From the NCBI GenBank assembly GCA_947085095.1, contig CAMTVD010000022.1:49237-113236 (forward strand): a stretch of DNA of 64,000 nt, read 5' to 3'. This stretch comes from an uncultured Thermus sp. Lineage in GTDB: Bacteria; Deinococcota; Deinococci; Deinococcales; Thermaceae. Shown here one piece after another: positions 1-9,955 of this stretch. The notes beneath the pieces are model-generated. The model ran no database searches, was not told the DNA's origin, and saw only the letters and a program-made list of their open reading frames with translations. A program made the position numbers and the translations under genes. The stretch's first letter is position 1. Each line of letters starts with the position of its first letter.

Positions 1-1013
1 TGGGCCGGAAGAAGGCGGAGGCCGCTTTGCCCTGGCTGGAAACGCGCTATGTGGAAAGCGTGCCCGAGGCCCAGGCCCTTCCCGTCATCGACCGCTTTGT
101 GAGGGAGGGGTGCCAGGTGATCTTTGCCACCAGCTTTGGGTACGGAGAGGCGGTCCTCGAGGCCGCCAAGAAGTACCCGAACATCATCTTCGCCCACGCC
201 ACCGGGATCAAGCGGGCTCCCAACGTGGCCACCTACATGGCGGACTTCTACCAGGTCTACTACCTCAATGGCCTGGCCGCTGGAGCCCTTTCCAAGACGG
301 GTAAGGTGGGGTACGTGGCGGCCTTCCCCATTCCCGAGGTGAAGCGGCACATCAACGCCTTCACCCTGGGGGTTCGGGCGGTGAACCCCAAGGCCCAGGT
401 CCTGGTGCGCTGGATCAACGCCTGGTACGACCCCGCCAAGGCCCGCGAGGCCACCGAGGCCCTCCTGGCCCAGGGGGCCGACGTCTTCGCCTTCACCGAG
501 GACACGCCCACGGTGATCCAGACCGCCGCCAGGAAGGGGGCCTACTCCTTTGGCCACTACACCCCCATGCTCAAGTTCGCCCCCGACCATGTGGTCTCCG
601 GGCAGATCGTGCATTGGGACGTCATCTACATTGACTTCCTCAAGAAGGTGAAGGAGGGTGTCTACACCGCCAAGAACCTGGAGAACGTGGACTACTTCTG
701 GCTCCTCCAGCACAAGGCGGTGGAGGTGGGGGCCGATTACGGGGTGCCCATCAACCCCAAGCACGTGCCCCTCTTGCAGAAGGCCCAGATGACCGTGGGA
801 AACAAGAAGGTTTCCGTGTACGAGCGCACCATGGCCCTTCTCAAGGATATGGGGAGCCCCAGGCCCACCTTTGATCCCTTCACCGGGCCCATCAAGGACC
901 GCAAGGGGGTGGTGCGGATCCCGGCGGGGAGGAAGGCCTCGCTCCAGGAGCTCCTCACCATGGAGTGGGCGGCCCCCGGGGTGGTGGGGGACTGGCCAGG
1001 GGAGCCCAAGTAA
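1..1013 (+). CDS. BMP-family (Med/PnrA-like) ABC substrate-binding protein, 5'-truncated by window edge
   Basis: Frame is open from the window start (GRKKAEAALPWL...); motifs IFATSFGY, FAHATG, GKVGYVAAFPIPEVKRHINAFTLG, W-x-DP are typical of BMP lipoproteins. Confidence 0.88.
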   Translation, partial: GRKKAEAALPWLETRYVESVPEAQALPVIDRFVREGCQVIFATSFGYGEAVLEAAKKYPNIIFAHATGIKRAPNVATYMADFYQVYYLNGLAAGALSKTGKVGYVAAFPIPEVKRHINAFTLGVRAVNPKAQVLVRWINAWYDPAKAREATEALLAQGADVFAFTEDTPTVIQTAARKGAYSFGHYTPMLKFAPDHVVSGQIVHWDVIYIDFLKKVKEGVYTAKNLENVDYFWLLQHKAVEVGADYGVPINPKHVPLLQKAQMTVGNKKVSVYERTMALLKDMGSPRPTFDPFTGPIKDRKGVVRIPAGRKASLQELLTMEWAAPGVVGDWPGEPK

Positions 1014-1017
1014 TCCC

Positions 1018-1044
1018 AGGGGCCGGGGGTTTCCCGGCCCCTTT
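1018..1044. terminator. GC hairpin between convergent genes (probable bidirectional terminator)
   Basis: aggggccggg-ggttt-cccggcccct stem followed by a short T run. Confidence 0.6.
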
Positions 1045-1047
1045 GCC

Positions 1048-2346
1048 TTACAGGCTTCGGAGGACGGCCTCGAGGATCTCCAGGCCCATGGCCGCCTCCT
1101 CCCGGGAGAGGATCAGGGGCGGGGCCAGGCGCAAAGCGGAAGGACCGGCCGCCAGGGTGAGTAGGCCCTTCTCAAAGGCCAGCCGCTGGGCCTTGTCCCT
1201 CAGGTCCGGCCTCGCCTCCTCCGGGCTCCCGAAGTCCAGGCCGATCATCAGGCCCCGGCCCCGCACGTCCCCCAGGGAGGGGAAGCGCTTCTGCATCTCC
1301 TTGAGCTCCGAGAGGAGGAAGCCCCCCACCTCCTTGGCGTTTTCCATGAGGCCGCCCTCGAGGAGGTCCAAGGTGGCGTGGGCCGCCGCCGCCGCCACCG
1401 CTTGGCCGCCGAAGGTGGTGCCGTGGGCCCCGGGCCGCCAGCTCCCAAGCTCCTCCCGGAAGAGGAGGGCGCTTAGGGGGTAGCCGGAGGCCAGGCCCTT
1501 GGCCAGGACGTAGACGTCTGCCTCCACCCCCTCGTGCTCCAGGGCAAGGAAGCGCCCCGTGCGCCCGGCCCCGGTCTGGACCTCGTCCGCCACCAGGAGG
1601 ATGCCGTGCCGCTCCAGGAGGGCCTTAAGCTTGGGAAGGAAACCAGGCGGGGGCAGGACGTACCCCCCTTCCCCCTGGATAGGCTCCAGGAAAAAGGCGG
1701 CCACCTCCTCCGGGGGTACCACGGTGCGGAAGAGGTGCTCCAGGTGGTCCAAGACCGCCTCCCCCACCGCCTCGGGCCGGGCCCCCAGGGGGGGGCGGAA
1801 GGGGTTGGGGAAGGGGATATGGAGCACCCCGGGGAGGAGGGGGCTGAAGCCCTTGCGGTAGGCGCTCTTGCTGGCGGTGAGGGAGAGGGCCCCCAGGCTT
1901 CGCCCGTGAAAGGCCCCGGTGAAGGCCAGGAGGTAAGGCCTTCCCGTGTGGTGGCGCACCAGCTTGATGGCGGCCTCAATCCCCTCGGTGCCCGAGTTGC
2001 CGAAGAAGACCCGGTAGCCCCCGCCCACCTTGGCCACCAGGCGCTCGGCCAGGGAGAGGGTGGGCTCGTGGGTGAAGTCGGAGAAGCAGACGTGGGCGAA
2101 GCGCTCCGCCTGGGCCCTCACCGCCTCCAATACCTTGGGGTGGGCGTAGCCGGTGGTGTTCACGGCGATGCCCGCCATGAAGTCCAGGAAGACGTTCCCG
2201 TCCACGTCCTCCAGGAAGACCCCTTCCCCCCGGGCGGGGACGAAGGGATAGGGGCGGACATAGGAGGGGGAAAGCACCCTCTCCCCCCGGTTTAGGAGTT
2301 CCTTCGCCCTGGGGCCCGGTAAAGGCGTGGTGACGCTGGGTTTCAT
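1048..2346 (-). CDS. Class III PLP aminotransferase (4-aminobutyrate/acetylornithine aminotransferase-like)
   Basis: Motifs FLDFMAGIAV, NSGTEGIEAA, FHGRS, EPIQGEGG, DEVQTGxGRTG, AKGLASG (PLP Lys), HGTTFGG. Confidence 0.92.
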   Translation of the reverse strand: MKPSVTTPLPGPRAKELLNRGERVLSPSYVRPYPFVPARGEGVFLEDVDGNVFLDFMAGIAVNTTGYAHPKVLEAVRAQAERFAHVCFSDFTHEPTLSLAERLVAKVGGGYRVFFGNSGTEGIEAAIKLVRHHTGRPYLLAFTGAFHGRSLGALSLTASKSAYRKGFSPLLPGVLHIPFPNPFRPPLGARPEAVGEAVLDHLEHLFRTVVPPEEVAAFFLEPIQGEGGYVLPPPGFLPKLKALLERHGILLVADEVQTGAGRTGRFLALEHEGVEADVYVLAKGLASGYPLSALLFREELGSWRPGAHGTTFGGQAVAAAAAHATLDLLEGGLMENAKEVGGFLLSELKEMQKRFPSLGDVRGRGLMIGLDFGSPEEARPDLRDKAQRLAFEKGLLTLAAGPSALRLAPPLILSREEAAMGLEILEAVLRSL

Positions 2347-2419
2347 ACGGGGCCAGTCTACCAGGGCCTGGAGGGCTTTCCCAGGCCAACTTTATGCGCT
2401 CTTTTGCTGGAGTTTTGCG

Positions 2420-2968
2420 CTAGAGGAGGCCCCTTTCCCGCAGGTGGGGCCTGGCGTAGAAGAGGGTAAGGGCGGTGGAGGCGTCCAACACCTCGCCCCT
2501 TTCCAGGAGGGCGTAGAGCTCTTTCAGGGGAATCTCTAGGGTTTCCAAAAGCTCGCCGTCCTCGAGGGCCGGCTGGCCCACCCGCCTCGCCCCCAGGGCC
2601 AAAAAGGGGTGGAAGACCACGGCGGTGAAGGAGGGCTGGGGGTGGAAGGGGGGGAGGGCCAGGTAGGTGCTGGCCTCCGCCCCCACCTCCTCCAGAAGCT
2701 CCCGCCTCGCCGCCTCCAAGGGGCTTTCCCCTGCGTCCACCTTGCCCGCGGGCACCTCCAGGAGGAACTTCCCCGTGGGGTGGCGGTACTGGCGGATGAG
2801 GAGGGCGGTGGCCCCTTCGGTCACCGGCAGGACGAAGCTGGCCGCCACCGGCCCTGGGCGGTAGATGTAGGTGATCTCCTTGCCCGTGTGGGTCTTTAGA
2901 CGCTCTCTGACCAGGCGCACGGGCTCGGAGAGGATCTCCTCTAGGGACAACCGCTTCCAGGGGCTCAT
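2420..2968 (-). CDS. Nudix hydrolase (ADP-ribose pyrophosphatase-like; resembles T. thermophilus Ndx2)
   Basis: Nudix box GKVDAGESPLEAARRELLEEVG; RQYRHP motif. Confidence 0.9.
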   Translation of the reverse strand: MSPWKRLSLEEILSEPVRLVRERLKTHTGKEITYIYRPGPVAASFVLPVTEGATALLIRQYRHPTGKFLLEVPAGKVDAGESPLEAARRELLEEVGAEASTYLALPPFHPQPSFTAVVFHPFLALGARRVGQPALEDGELLETLEIPLKELYALLERGEVLDASTALTLFYARPHLRERGLL

Positions 2969-3351
2969 CGCGTCATGCGCTCAATGACCCGGCGCACCCT
3001 CTCCCCGGGGGCCCTGGGCCCTAAGGCCTTGGTCACCGCCCCGATGGCCGCCAGCGGGGTCTTGAACTGGGCGAAGTCAATGTTCTCCCGGATCCAGGCC
3101 TCGAGCTCCTCCTCGGACATCTCCTTAGGGAGGAAGCGGTCCAAGAATTCCACCTCAAAGGCGTTTCCCTGCTCTAAGGCGATCTCCTTGAGGGCTCTTA
3201 GGACCTTCACCGCCTCCTCGTCGGGGAGGGGTTTGCCGTCCCCCTTGCGGTCCAGCTCCGCCTTCACCACCCGGGCGAAGTCCAGGGTCTTCTGGTCCCG
3301 GGCCTTCATGGCCTCCTTGATGGTCTCCTTCAGGGCCTCGTAGATGCTCAT
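2965..3351 (-). CDS. YqeY/GatB-domain protein
   Basis: MSIYEALKETIKEAMKARD...FLPKEMSEEEL pattern; start moved to ATG 3351, which has TAGACT 7 nt upstream. Confidence 0.8.
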   Translation of the reverse strand: MSIYEALKETIKEAMKARDQKTLDFARVVKAELDRKGDGKPLPDEEAVKVLRALKEIALEQGNAFEVEFLDRFLPKEMSEEELEAWIRENIDFAQFKTPLAAIGAVTKALGPRAPGERVRRVIERMTR

Positions 3352-3382
3352 CCCCTCCAGTCTAGCGGGTACAATCCCCCTT

Positions 3383-4873
3383 ATGTGGGCGCTCCTTTCC
3401 GTTTCCGACAAGAGGGGGCTTCTCCCCTTTGCGGAAGGGCTGTTGCGGCTTGGGTTCCGCCTTTTGGCCACCGGGGGCACGCACCAGGCCTTGAAGGAGG
3501 CGGGGCTTCCCGTCACCTACATCTCCGACTTCACCGGCTTCCCCGAGGTCCTTGCGGGCCGGGTCAAGACCCTCCACCCCAAGGTCCACGCCGCCCTTCT
3601 GGCCCGGCCGGACCAGGAGGCGGAACTCAAGGACCTGGGGTTTGAGCGCATCGGGGTTTTGGCGGTGAACCTCTACCCCTTCCGGGAGACCGTGGCCCGG
3701 GGGGCCTCCTGGGAGGAGGCTTTGGAGCAGATTGACATCGGGGGGCCCGCCATGCTGCGGGCCGCCGCCAAGAACCACCAGGCCGTCCTGCCCGTCTGCG
3801 ACCCCGGGGACTACGGGAAGGTTCTGGAGGCCTTGGAGAAGGGTCCCACCCCGGAGTTCCGAAAGGAACTGGCCCGCAAGGCCTTCGCCCACACGGCGGC
3901 CTACGACGCCGCCATCGCCGAGTGGCTTTCCGGGGAGAAGTTCCCCGAGGACAAGTTCCTGGCCCTGAAGCGCGTGTCTCCCCTCCGCTACGGGGAGAAC
4001 CCCCACCAGGAGGCGGCCCTCTACGGGGTGGCGGGGGAGGAGGGACCCCTTCTTAGGGCCCAGGTCCTCCAGGGGAAGGCCATGAGCTTCAACAACTACC
4101 TGGACGCGGAGGCCGCCTGGAACCTGGTCTCCGAGTTCGCCGAGCCCGCCTGCGTGGCCGTGAAGCACCAGAACCCCTGCGGCGTGGCCCTGGGCCGGGA
4201 TGCCCTCGAGGCTTACCAGGGGGCCTACGAGGCCGACCCCGTCTCCATCTTCGGAGGGATCGTGGCCTTCAACCGCCCGGTGGACGGCCCCACCGCCATG
4301 GCCATGCGGGAGGTCTTTTTGGAGGTGGTCCTGGCCCCGGACTTCACGGAGGAGGCCCTGGCCGCCTTTGCCAAGAAGAAAAGCCTGAGGCTCCTTCGGG
4401 TGCCCCACCCCGCCCAGGGGCCCTACCTGGACCTGCGGCGGCTTCGGGGGGGGCTCCTCCTCCAGGATGCGGACACCTCGGACCCGGTGGAGCCCAGGGT
4501 GGTCACGGGGAGGGCCCCCACGGAGGCCGAGTGGAATGACCTCTGGTTCGCCTGGAAGGTGGTGAAGCACGTGCGCTCCAACGCCATCGTGGTGGCCAAG
4601 GGGGGGAAGACGCTGGGGATCGGGGTGGGGCAGACCAACCGCTTTGCCGCCGCCAAGCATGCCCTGAAAACGGCCAAGGAGAAGGCCCGGGGAGCGGTGC
4701 TGGCCTCGGACGCCTTCTTCCCCTTTGACGACGTGGTGCGCCTAGCGGCGGACTTCGGCATCGCCGCCATCATCCAGCCCGGGGGGAGCGTGCGGGACGA
4801 GGACTCCATCAAGGCCGCCGACGAGCTCGGCCTGGCCATGGTCTTCACCGGCGTGCGGCACTTCCGTCACTAG
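3383..4873 (+). CDS. purH: Bifunctional AICAR transformylase/IMP cyclohydrolase
   Basis: ALLSVSDK, GRVKTLHP, IDIGGPAMLRAAAKN, LRYGENPHQ, KHQNPCG, ASDAFFPF, C-terminal RHFRH; start at ATG 3383. Confidence 0.97.
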   Translation: MWALLSVSDKRGLLPFAEGLLRLGFRLLATGGTHQALKEAGLPVTYISDFTGFPEVLAGRVKTLHPKVHAALLARPDQEAELKDLGFERIGVLAVNLYPFRETVARGASWEEALEQIDIGGPAMLRAAAKNHQAVLPVCDPGDYGKVLEALEKGPTPEFRKELARKAFAHTAAYDAAIAEWLSGEKFPEDKFLALKRVSPLRYGENPHQEAALYGVAGEEGPLLRAQVLQGKAMSFNNYLDAEAAWNLVSEFAEPACVAVKHQNPCGVALGRDALEAYQGAYEADPVSIFGGIVAFNRPVDGPTAMAMREVFLEVVLAPDFTEEALAAFAKKKSLRLLRVPHPAQGPYLDLRRLRGGLLLQDADTSDPVEPRVVTGRAPTEAEWNDLWFAWKVVKHVRSNAIVVAKGGKTLGIGVGQTNRFAAAKHALKTAKEKARGAVLASDAFFPFDDVVRLAADFGIAAIIQPGGSVRDEDSIKAADELGLAMVFTGVRHFRH

Positions 4874-5897
4874 CAAGTTTTCCCGCCTCCCGAAGCCGCC
4901 TCGCTGCCTCCTTGAAGCCCACCAGCTTCCGGGTTTCCTCGTCGTGGAGGTGCATGTCGGCGAAGGCGATCTTGAAGGCGTCCTTCAGGGTGACCGTGGG
5001 GGCCACCTTCACCAGGTCCACCTCCTCCTGCACCTTGGGCAGGTGGTAGTTGGGGATCTTGGGGGCCAGGTGGTGGATGTGGTGGAAGCCGATGTTGCCC
5101 GTGAGCCACTGCAGGACCTTGGGGAGCTTCAGGTAGGTGCTCCCCTCCATGGCCGCCTTCAGGTACTCCCAGCGGGGGTCGTGCTCCCAGTAGGCGTCCT
5201 CAAACTGGTGCTGGACGTAGAAAAGGAAGATGCCCACCATGCCGGCGAAGTACTGGATGGGCAGGTAGACCAAGAGGAGGGTCTTCAGGCCGAAGGCCAG
5301 GTAGATGCCCGCCCAGAGGAGGACCAAAAAGAGGTTGGTGAGGGCCACGGAGTTGCGCACCGAGGGCTTGTCCGCCCCGTAGCCCAAGGGCAGGCGGTAG
5401 GAGAGCATGAAGACGTAGATGGGCCCGAGGAAGAACATGACGAAGGGGTTGCGGTAGATGCGGTAGGTGAAGCGCTGCCAGGGGCTGGCCTTCAGGTACT
5501 CCTCCAGGGTCATGGTGTAGATGTCCCCCACCCCCCGCTTGTCCAGGTTGCCGCTGGTGGCGTGGTGCCGGGCGTGGGAGAGCTGCCAGTGGTGGTAGGG
5601 CACCAGGGTCAGGACCCCGGTGAAGAAGCCCAGGAGGTCGTTCATCCACTTCTTGGGAAAGAAGGAGCCGTGCCCGGCATCGTGTTGCAGGATGAAAAGC
5701 CTGACCAGGAAGAGGGCGGCCACGAAGTCCAGGGCCAGGGTGAGGAGGAGGGAGTAGGAGAGGGAAAGGTGGGCCAGGTAGAAGAGGCCCAAAAGGGGCA
5801 GGAGGGTGTCCGCCACCTGGCGGAGGCTTCGGAGGGTATTGGGTTTGGCGTAGGGTTTGATGAGGGGGATCCAGTCCTTGGGTTCTACTTTGTTCAT
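4845..5897 (-). CDS. Membrane fatty acid desaturase (Bacillus Des-like)
   Basis: Three His boxes HDAGH, HARHH, HHIHH plus FYVQHQFE and hydrophobic segments; start at ATG 5897. Confidence 0.88.
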   Translation of the reverse strand: MNKVEPKDWIPLIKPYAKPNTLRSLRQVADTLLPLLGLFYLAHLSLSYSLLLTLALDFVAALFLVRLFILQHDAGHGSFFPKKWMNDLLGFFTGVLTLVPYHHWQLSHARHHATSGNLDKRGVGDIYTMTLEEYLKASPWQRFTYRIYRNPFVMFFLGPIYVFMLSYRLPLGYGADKPSVRNSVALTNLFLVLLWAGIYLAFGLKTLLLVYLPIQYFAGMVGIFLFYVQHQFEDAYWEHDPRWEYLKAAMEGSTYLKLPKVLQWLTGNIGFHHIHHLAPKIPNYHLPKVQEEVDLVKVAPTVTLKDAFKIAFADMHLHDEETRKLVGFKEAARRLREAGKLASDGSAARR

Positions 5898-6125
5898 CTT
5901 CACCACGCGCTTTTTAGGAGCGCAACTTATTGTAGGCCTTTTTGAATGAAACACATGAGAGGCGGGACCGCGGACCTACCCACGATCCCAAGGAGCACGC
6001 CGCCCTGATTGAGCTGGATGGGGAAATCGCCACCTTGCGGGGTTTCCGCTTCTACCGGGTCCGGGCGGGAAAGGGAATCCAGGTGAAGAGGTGGGGGAAG
6101 CCCTGGGCCTGGCGGTGCCGACGCC

Positions 6126-6584
6126 CTAGCGGGGCTTAAGGCGGTCTTCCGAGTCCAGGATGAGGGTTACGGGGCCGTCGTTCACCAGGTGGACCCGCAT
6201 GTGGGCCCCGTAGACCCCGGTTTCCACGTGCACGCCTTGGGCCAGAAAGGCCTCGAGGGCCGCCTCGTAGAGGCGCCTGCCCAGGTCCGGGGGGGCGGCC
6301 TGGAGGAAGGAGGGGCGGTTGCCCTTGCGGGTGTCGGCGTAAAGGGTGAACTGGCTCACCAGGAGCACCTCCCCCCCCACCTCCTTCAGGGAGAGGTTCA
6401 TCTTCCCCTCCTCGTCGGGGAAGATGCGCAGCTGGGCGATTTTCCGGGCCAGGTAAAGGGCATCCTCCCGGGTGTCCTTTTGCCCCACCCCCAGGAGGAC
6501 CAAAAGCCCCAGGCCGATTCGGCCCACCTCCTCCCCTCCCACCTCCACGAAGGCCCCGGCCACCCTCTGGACCACCGCCCGCAC
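6126..6584 (-). CDS. dtd: D-aminoacyl-tRNA deacylase
   Basis: [28 protein letters not shown] motifs. Confidence 0.96.
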   Translation of the reverse strand: MRAVVQRVAGAFVEVGGEEVGRIGLGLLVLLGVGQKDTREDALYLARKIAQLRIFPDEEGKMNLSLKEVGGEVLLVSQFTLYADTRKGNRPSFLQAAPPDLGRRLYEAALEAFLAQGVHVETGVYGAHMRVHLVNDGPVTLILDSEDRLKPR

Positions 6585-6587
6585 CCC

Positions 6588-7430
6588 TCACCTCCGAGGA
6601 CCGGCGAAGAAGGCGATGGTGCCGGGGCCGGTGTGCACGCTCACCGCCGCCCCGGCCTGCAGGGTGGAGAGGATCTGCACCCCCTCGGCTCTAAGGAGCT
6701 CCCCCAGGGCCCTGGCCCCCTCGGGGTTGGCCGCGTGGGCCAGGTGGACCAGGGCCCCCTCGGGGAAGTCCTTGCGGAAGAGCTCCACCATCTTGTGCAT
6801 CCCTTCGCTGAAGCCCCGCACCTTGGGCCCCGCCTCCACCTGGCCCCTTTTCACCAAGAGGACCGGGAGGATGCGCAGGAGGCTACCCACGAAGCGCTGG
6901 AGCCCCCCGATCCGGCCTGAGCGGTGGAGGTAGGTGAGGGTCTTGGGGAGGACGTAGCCCAAGACCCGCTCCCGGTAAGGGGCCACCGCCGCCTCCAGGC
7001 GCTCCCAGGCCACCCCTTGTTGGAGGAGGCGGCGGGCCTCCTCGAGGACCAGCCAAAGCCCCCCATTCACGGACCAGGAGTCCAGCACCTTGACCCTTTC
7101 CCCGTACTCCTGGGCCACGGCCTCGGCGGTGGCCACGGTGCCGGAGAGCTTCCCCGAAACGTGCACGGAGAGCACCCGGTCGTGGTCCTCTAGGAGCTTC
7201 TCGTAGGTGGCCCTGAGGTCCCCGGGGGCCACCTGGCTGGTGGAGAGCTTCTCCCCCTTGGCCAAAAGGGCCAGGACCTCCTCGGGGGTGATCTCCAGAA
7301 GGTCCCGGTAGCTCTTTCCCCCGTGGATCACCTGCTGGGGCACCAGGTGGATGCCGTGCTCCAGGGCCTCCTCTGGGGAAAGCCCTAAGGTGGAGTCGGC
7401 GACGAAAGCGGTCTTAGAGGCTGTAGGCAT
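6588..7430 (-). CDS. DegV/FakB-family fatty-acid-binding protein
   Basis: DST, STSQ, SGKLSGT, DSWS, LHRSGRIG, VHTGPG motifs. Confidence 0.92.
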   Translation of the reverse strand: MPTASKTAFVADSTLGLSPEEALEHGIHLVPQQVIHGGKSYRDLLEITPEEVLALLAKGEKLSTSQVAPGDLRATYEKLLEDHDRVLSVHVSGKLSGTVATAEAVAQEYGERVKVLDSWSVNGGLWLVLEEARRLLQQGVAWERLEAAVAPYRERVLGYVLPKTLTYLHRSGRIGGLQRFVGSLLRILPVLLVKRGQVEAGPKVRGFSEGMHKMVELFRKDFPEGALVHLAHAANPEGARALGELLRAEGVQILSTLQAGAAVSVHTGPGTIAFFAGPRR

Positions 7431-8256
7431 AAAACCCGTAGGTGCCGGGGCCGGTGTGGCTGGCGATCACCGCCCCCAGCTCGCTCACCAGGGCCTCCTC
7501 CACGGGAAGCCCCGAGGCCAGGACCATCTCCCTAAGCTCCCGCACCGCCTCTTCCTCCCCGCTGAAGAGGAAAAAGGCCCGGATGCGCCCTCTTCCCGCT
7601 GCCCAGGTGCGGAAGTCCTTGGCGATCTCTTCCCGGGCCTTCTTCTCCCCCCGGGCCCGGCCAGCGGTCTCCACCCGGCCCTCCTTCAGGGTGAGGATGG
7701 GCTTGATGTTGAGGAGGGTGCCGAGGAGGGCCTGGGCACCCCCGATGCGCCCGCCCCGCTTCAGGAACTCCAGGGTGGCCACGGTGAAGCGCACGAAGTG
7801 GTCGTCGCGGATGCGCTCCAGCTCCTTGAGGACCTCGGCCAGGCCCTGCCCCTGCTCCAGGAGCTCGTGGGCCCTCAGGACCATCATGCCAATGCCCAGG
7901 GAGGCGGCCTGGGAGTCAAAGACCGTGACCCGTCCCCCAAAGCCTTCCGCCGCCAGCAGGGCGGACTGGACCGTACCCGAGAGCTTGGAGGAGATGTGGA
8001 TGGAAAGGACGTGGTCTGCCTCCTTCAGGACCTCCCCGTACACCCTGGTGAAGTCCTCAGGGGAGGGTTGGCTGGTGGTGGGGAAGGCCTCCCCCGACCG
8101 CACCTTCTGGAAAATCTCCGTAGGGGTGATCTCCTCCCAGTCCCGGTAGACCTTGCCTCCCAGGTTCACGTAAAGGGGGACCACCCGCACCGAGAGGCGC
8201 TCCCTCAGGGGCTTGGGCAGGTCGGCGGTAGAGTCGGTTACCAAGGCTACTTTCAT
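7414..8256 (-). CDS. DegV/FakB-family fatty-acid-binding protein
   Basis: VTDSTADL, PTTSQPS, ISSKLSGT, LKRGGRIG, IKPIL, SHTGPG motifs. Confidence 0.95.
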   Translation of the reverse strand: MKVALVTDSTADLPKPLRERLSVRVVPLYVNLGGKVYRDWEEITPTEIFQKVRSGEAFPTTSQPSPEDFTRVYGEVLKEADHVLSIHISSKLSGTVQSALLAAEGFGGRVTVFDSQAASLGIGMMVLRAHELLEQGQGLAEVLKELERIRDDHFVRFTVATLEFLKRGGRIGGAQALLGTLLNIKPILTLKEGRVETAGRARGEKKAREEIAKDFRTWAAGRGRIRAFFLFSGEEEAVRELREMVLASGLPVEEALVSELGAVIASHTGPGTYGFYAYSL

Positions 8257-8356
8257 AAGCCCTCCTTTTGGTCTGGACTAGGATACCACAAGGCCCCGGT
8301 GTAGTGTACGGGCCGCCTTGCCGCAAGGGCTTTTCCCGTGCTAGGGTCAAGGGTAT

Positions 8357-9922
8357 ATGTGGCGGGTGCTCGTTTCCGATGACATGCGCCTGGGGGATGT
8401 GAGGTACCCCGGGGTCCTCCTGGACTACCGCCCGGGGATCGGCCGGGAAGAGCTTTTGCAGGTCATCCCCGCCTACGATGCCCTCATCACCCGGAGCCGC
8501 ACCCAGGTGGATGCGGAGCTTCTAAAGAAGGGCAGGCGCCTCAAGGTGGTGGGCCGGGGTGGGGTGGGGGTGGACAACGTGGACCTCGAGGCCGCAAGCC
8601 GCCTGGGCATCCTGGTGGTCAACGTGCCCGAGGCCAACACCCGCTCCGCCGCCGAGCTCGCCTTCGGCCTCCTCCTCTCGGCCGCCCGGGGCATCGCCCT
8701 TTCCGACCGCAAGATCCGTGCCGGGGAGTGGGACCGCAAGTTCCTGGGCGTGGAGCTCAAGGGCAAGACCCTGGGCATCGTGGGCCTGGGGCGGATCGGC
8801 GGCCAGGTGGCCCGCTTCGCCAAGGGGTTTGAGATGCGGGTCCTGGCCTACGACCCTTACATCCCCCGGACCCGGGCACAGAGCCTGGGGGTGGAGCTTC
8901 TGGAGCAGCTGGAAGACCTCCTGCGCCAGAGCCACTTCCTCAGCGTGCACACCCCCCTCACCGAGGAAACCCGGGGGATGATCGGCCGCCGGGAGCTCTA
9001 CCTCCTTCCCCGGGGGGCGGTGGTGGTGAACGCCGCCCGGGGCGGGATCGTGGACGAGAGGGCCCTTCTGGAGGTCCTGGAGGAGGGCCACCTCTTCGCC
9101 GCAGGCCTGGACGTCTTCACGGTGGAGCCCCCGCCCAAGGACCACCCCCTCCTCCACCATCCCCGGGTGGTCCTCACCGCCCACCTGGGGGCCAACACCC
9201 TGGAAGCCCAGGAGCGGGTGGGGGAGGCCATCCTGGAGAGGGTGGTGCGCACCCTGGAGGGGGACCTCTCCTACGCCCTGAACACCGGCTTTGACCCCGA
9301 GGCCCTCGAGGCCCTAAAAGGGTTTTTGCCCCTGGGGGAGGCCTTGGGCAAGCTCCTGGCCCAGATCACCCGGGGAAGGCCCCAGGTGCTGGAGGTGGGC
9401 TTTTTGGGCCAGTACGAGAAGGACCCCGAGCCCGTGGCCAGCGCAGTGGCCAAGGGCTTCCTCTCCCGGGTCCTGGGCCAGGAGGCGGTGAACCTGGTCT
9501 CCGCCCGGCCCCTCTTGAAGGACCGGGGCATAAGGCTCATCACCCACAGGCAGGAGGAGGCGGGGGAGTACACCCGGCTTCTGGAGGTGCGCCTCACCAC
9601 CGACCAGGAGACCCGCCGGGCCCGGGGGGTGGTCATCGGGAGCAAGCCCCGGTTGGTGGGCATTGACGACTACGCTCTGGAGGTGGTGCCCGAGGGGTAC
9701 ATGCTGGTCTGCGTCAACTACGACCGCCCGGGGGTGGTGGGCCAGGTGGGGACCCTTCTGGGCGAGGCCGGGGTCAACATCGCCGGGATGCAGCTGGGGC
9801 GGGACGTGCCCGGGGGGCGGGCCCTTTTCGTCCTCACCGTGGACCAGAAGCCCAGCCCCGAGGTGGTGGAGGCCCTAAGGGCCCTCCCCGTCTTGGAGCG
9901 GGTGGACCTGGCCGAGCTTTAG
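8357..9922 (+). CDS. serA: D-3-phosphoglycerate dehydrogenase (with ASB and ACT domains)
   Basis: GVGVDNVD, GIVGLGRIG, NAARGG, HLGANTLEAQ, C-terminal ACT DRPGVVGQVG...NIAGMQLGR. Confidence 0.95.
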   Translation: MWRVLVSDDMRLGDVRYPGVLLDYRPGIGREELLQVIPAYDALITRSRTQVDAELLKKGRRLKVVGRGGVGVDNVDLEAASRLGILVVNVPEANTRSAAELAFGLLLSAARGIALSDRKIRAGEWDRKFLGVELKGKTLGIVGLGRIGGQVARFAKGFEMRVLAYDPYIPRTRAQSLGVELLEQLEDLLRQSHFLSVHTPLTEETRGMIGRRELYLLPRGAVVVNAARGGIVDERALLEVLEEGHLFAAGLDVFTVEPPPKDHPLLHHPRVVLTAHLGANTLEAQERVGEAILERVVRTLEGDLSYALNTGFDPEALEALKGFLPLGEALGKLLAQITRGRPQVLEVGFLGQYEKDPEPVASAVAKGFLSRVLGQEAVNLVSARPLLKDRGIRLITHRQEEAGEYTRLLEVRLTTDQETRRARGVVIGSKPRLVGIDDYALEVVPEGYMLVCVNYDRPGVVGQVGTLLGEAGVNIAGMQLGRDVPGGRALFVLTVDQKPSPEVVEALRALPVLERVDLAEL

Positions 9923-9946
9923 GGGGAGGCCGGCCTCCCCCTTTTT
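9922..9946 (+). terminator. Intrinsic terminator after serA
   Basis: Palindromic ggggaggccggcctcccc followed by ttttt. Confidence 0.75.
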
Positions 9947-9955
9947 GGTCCAAAA

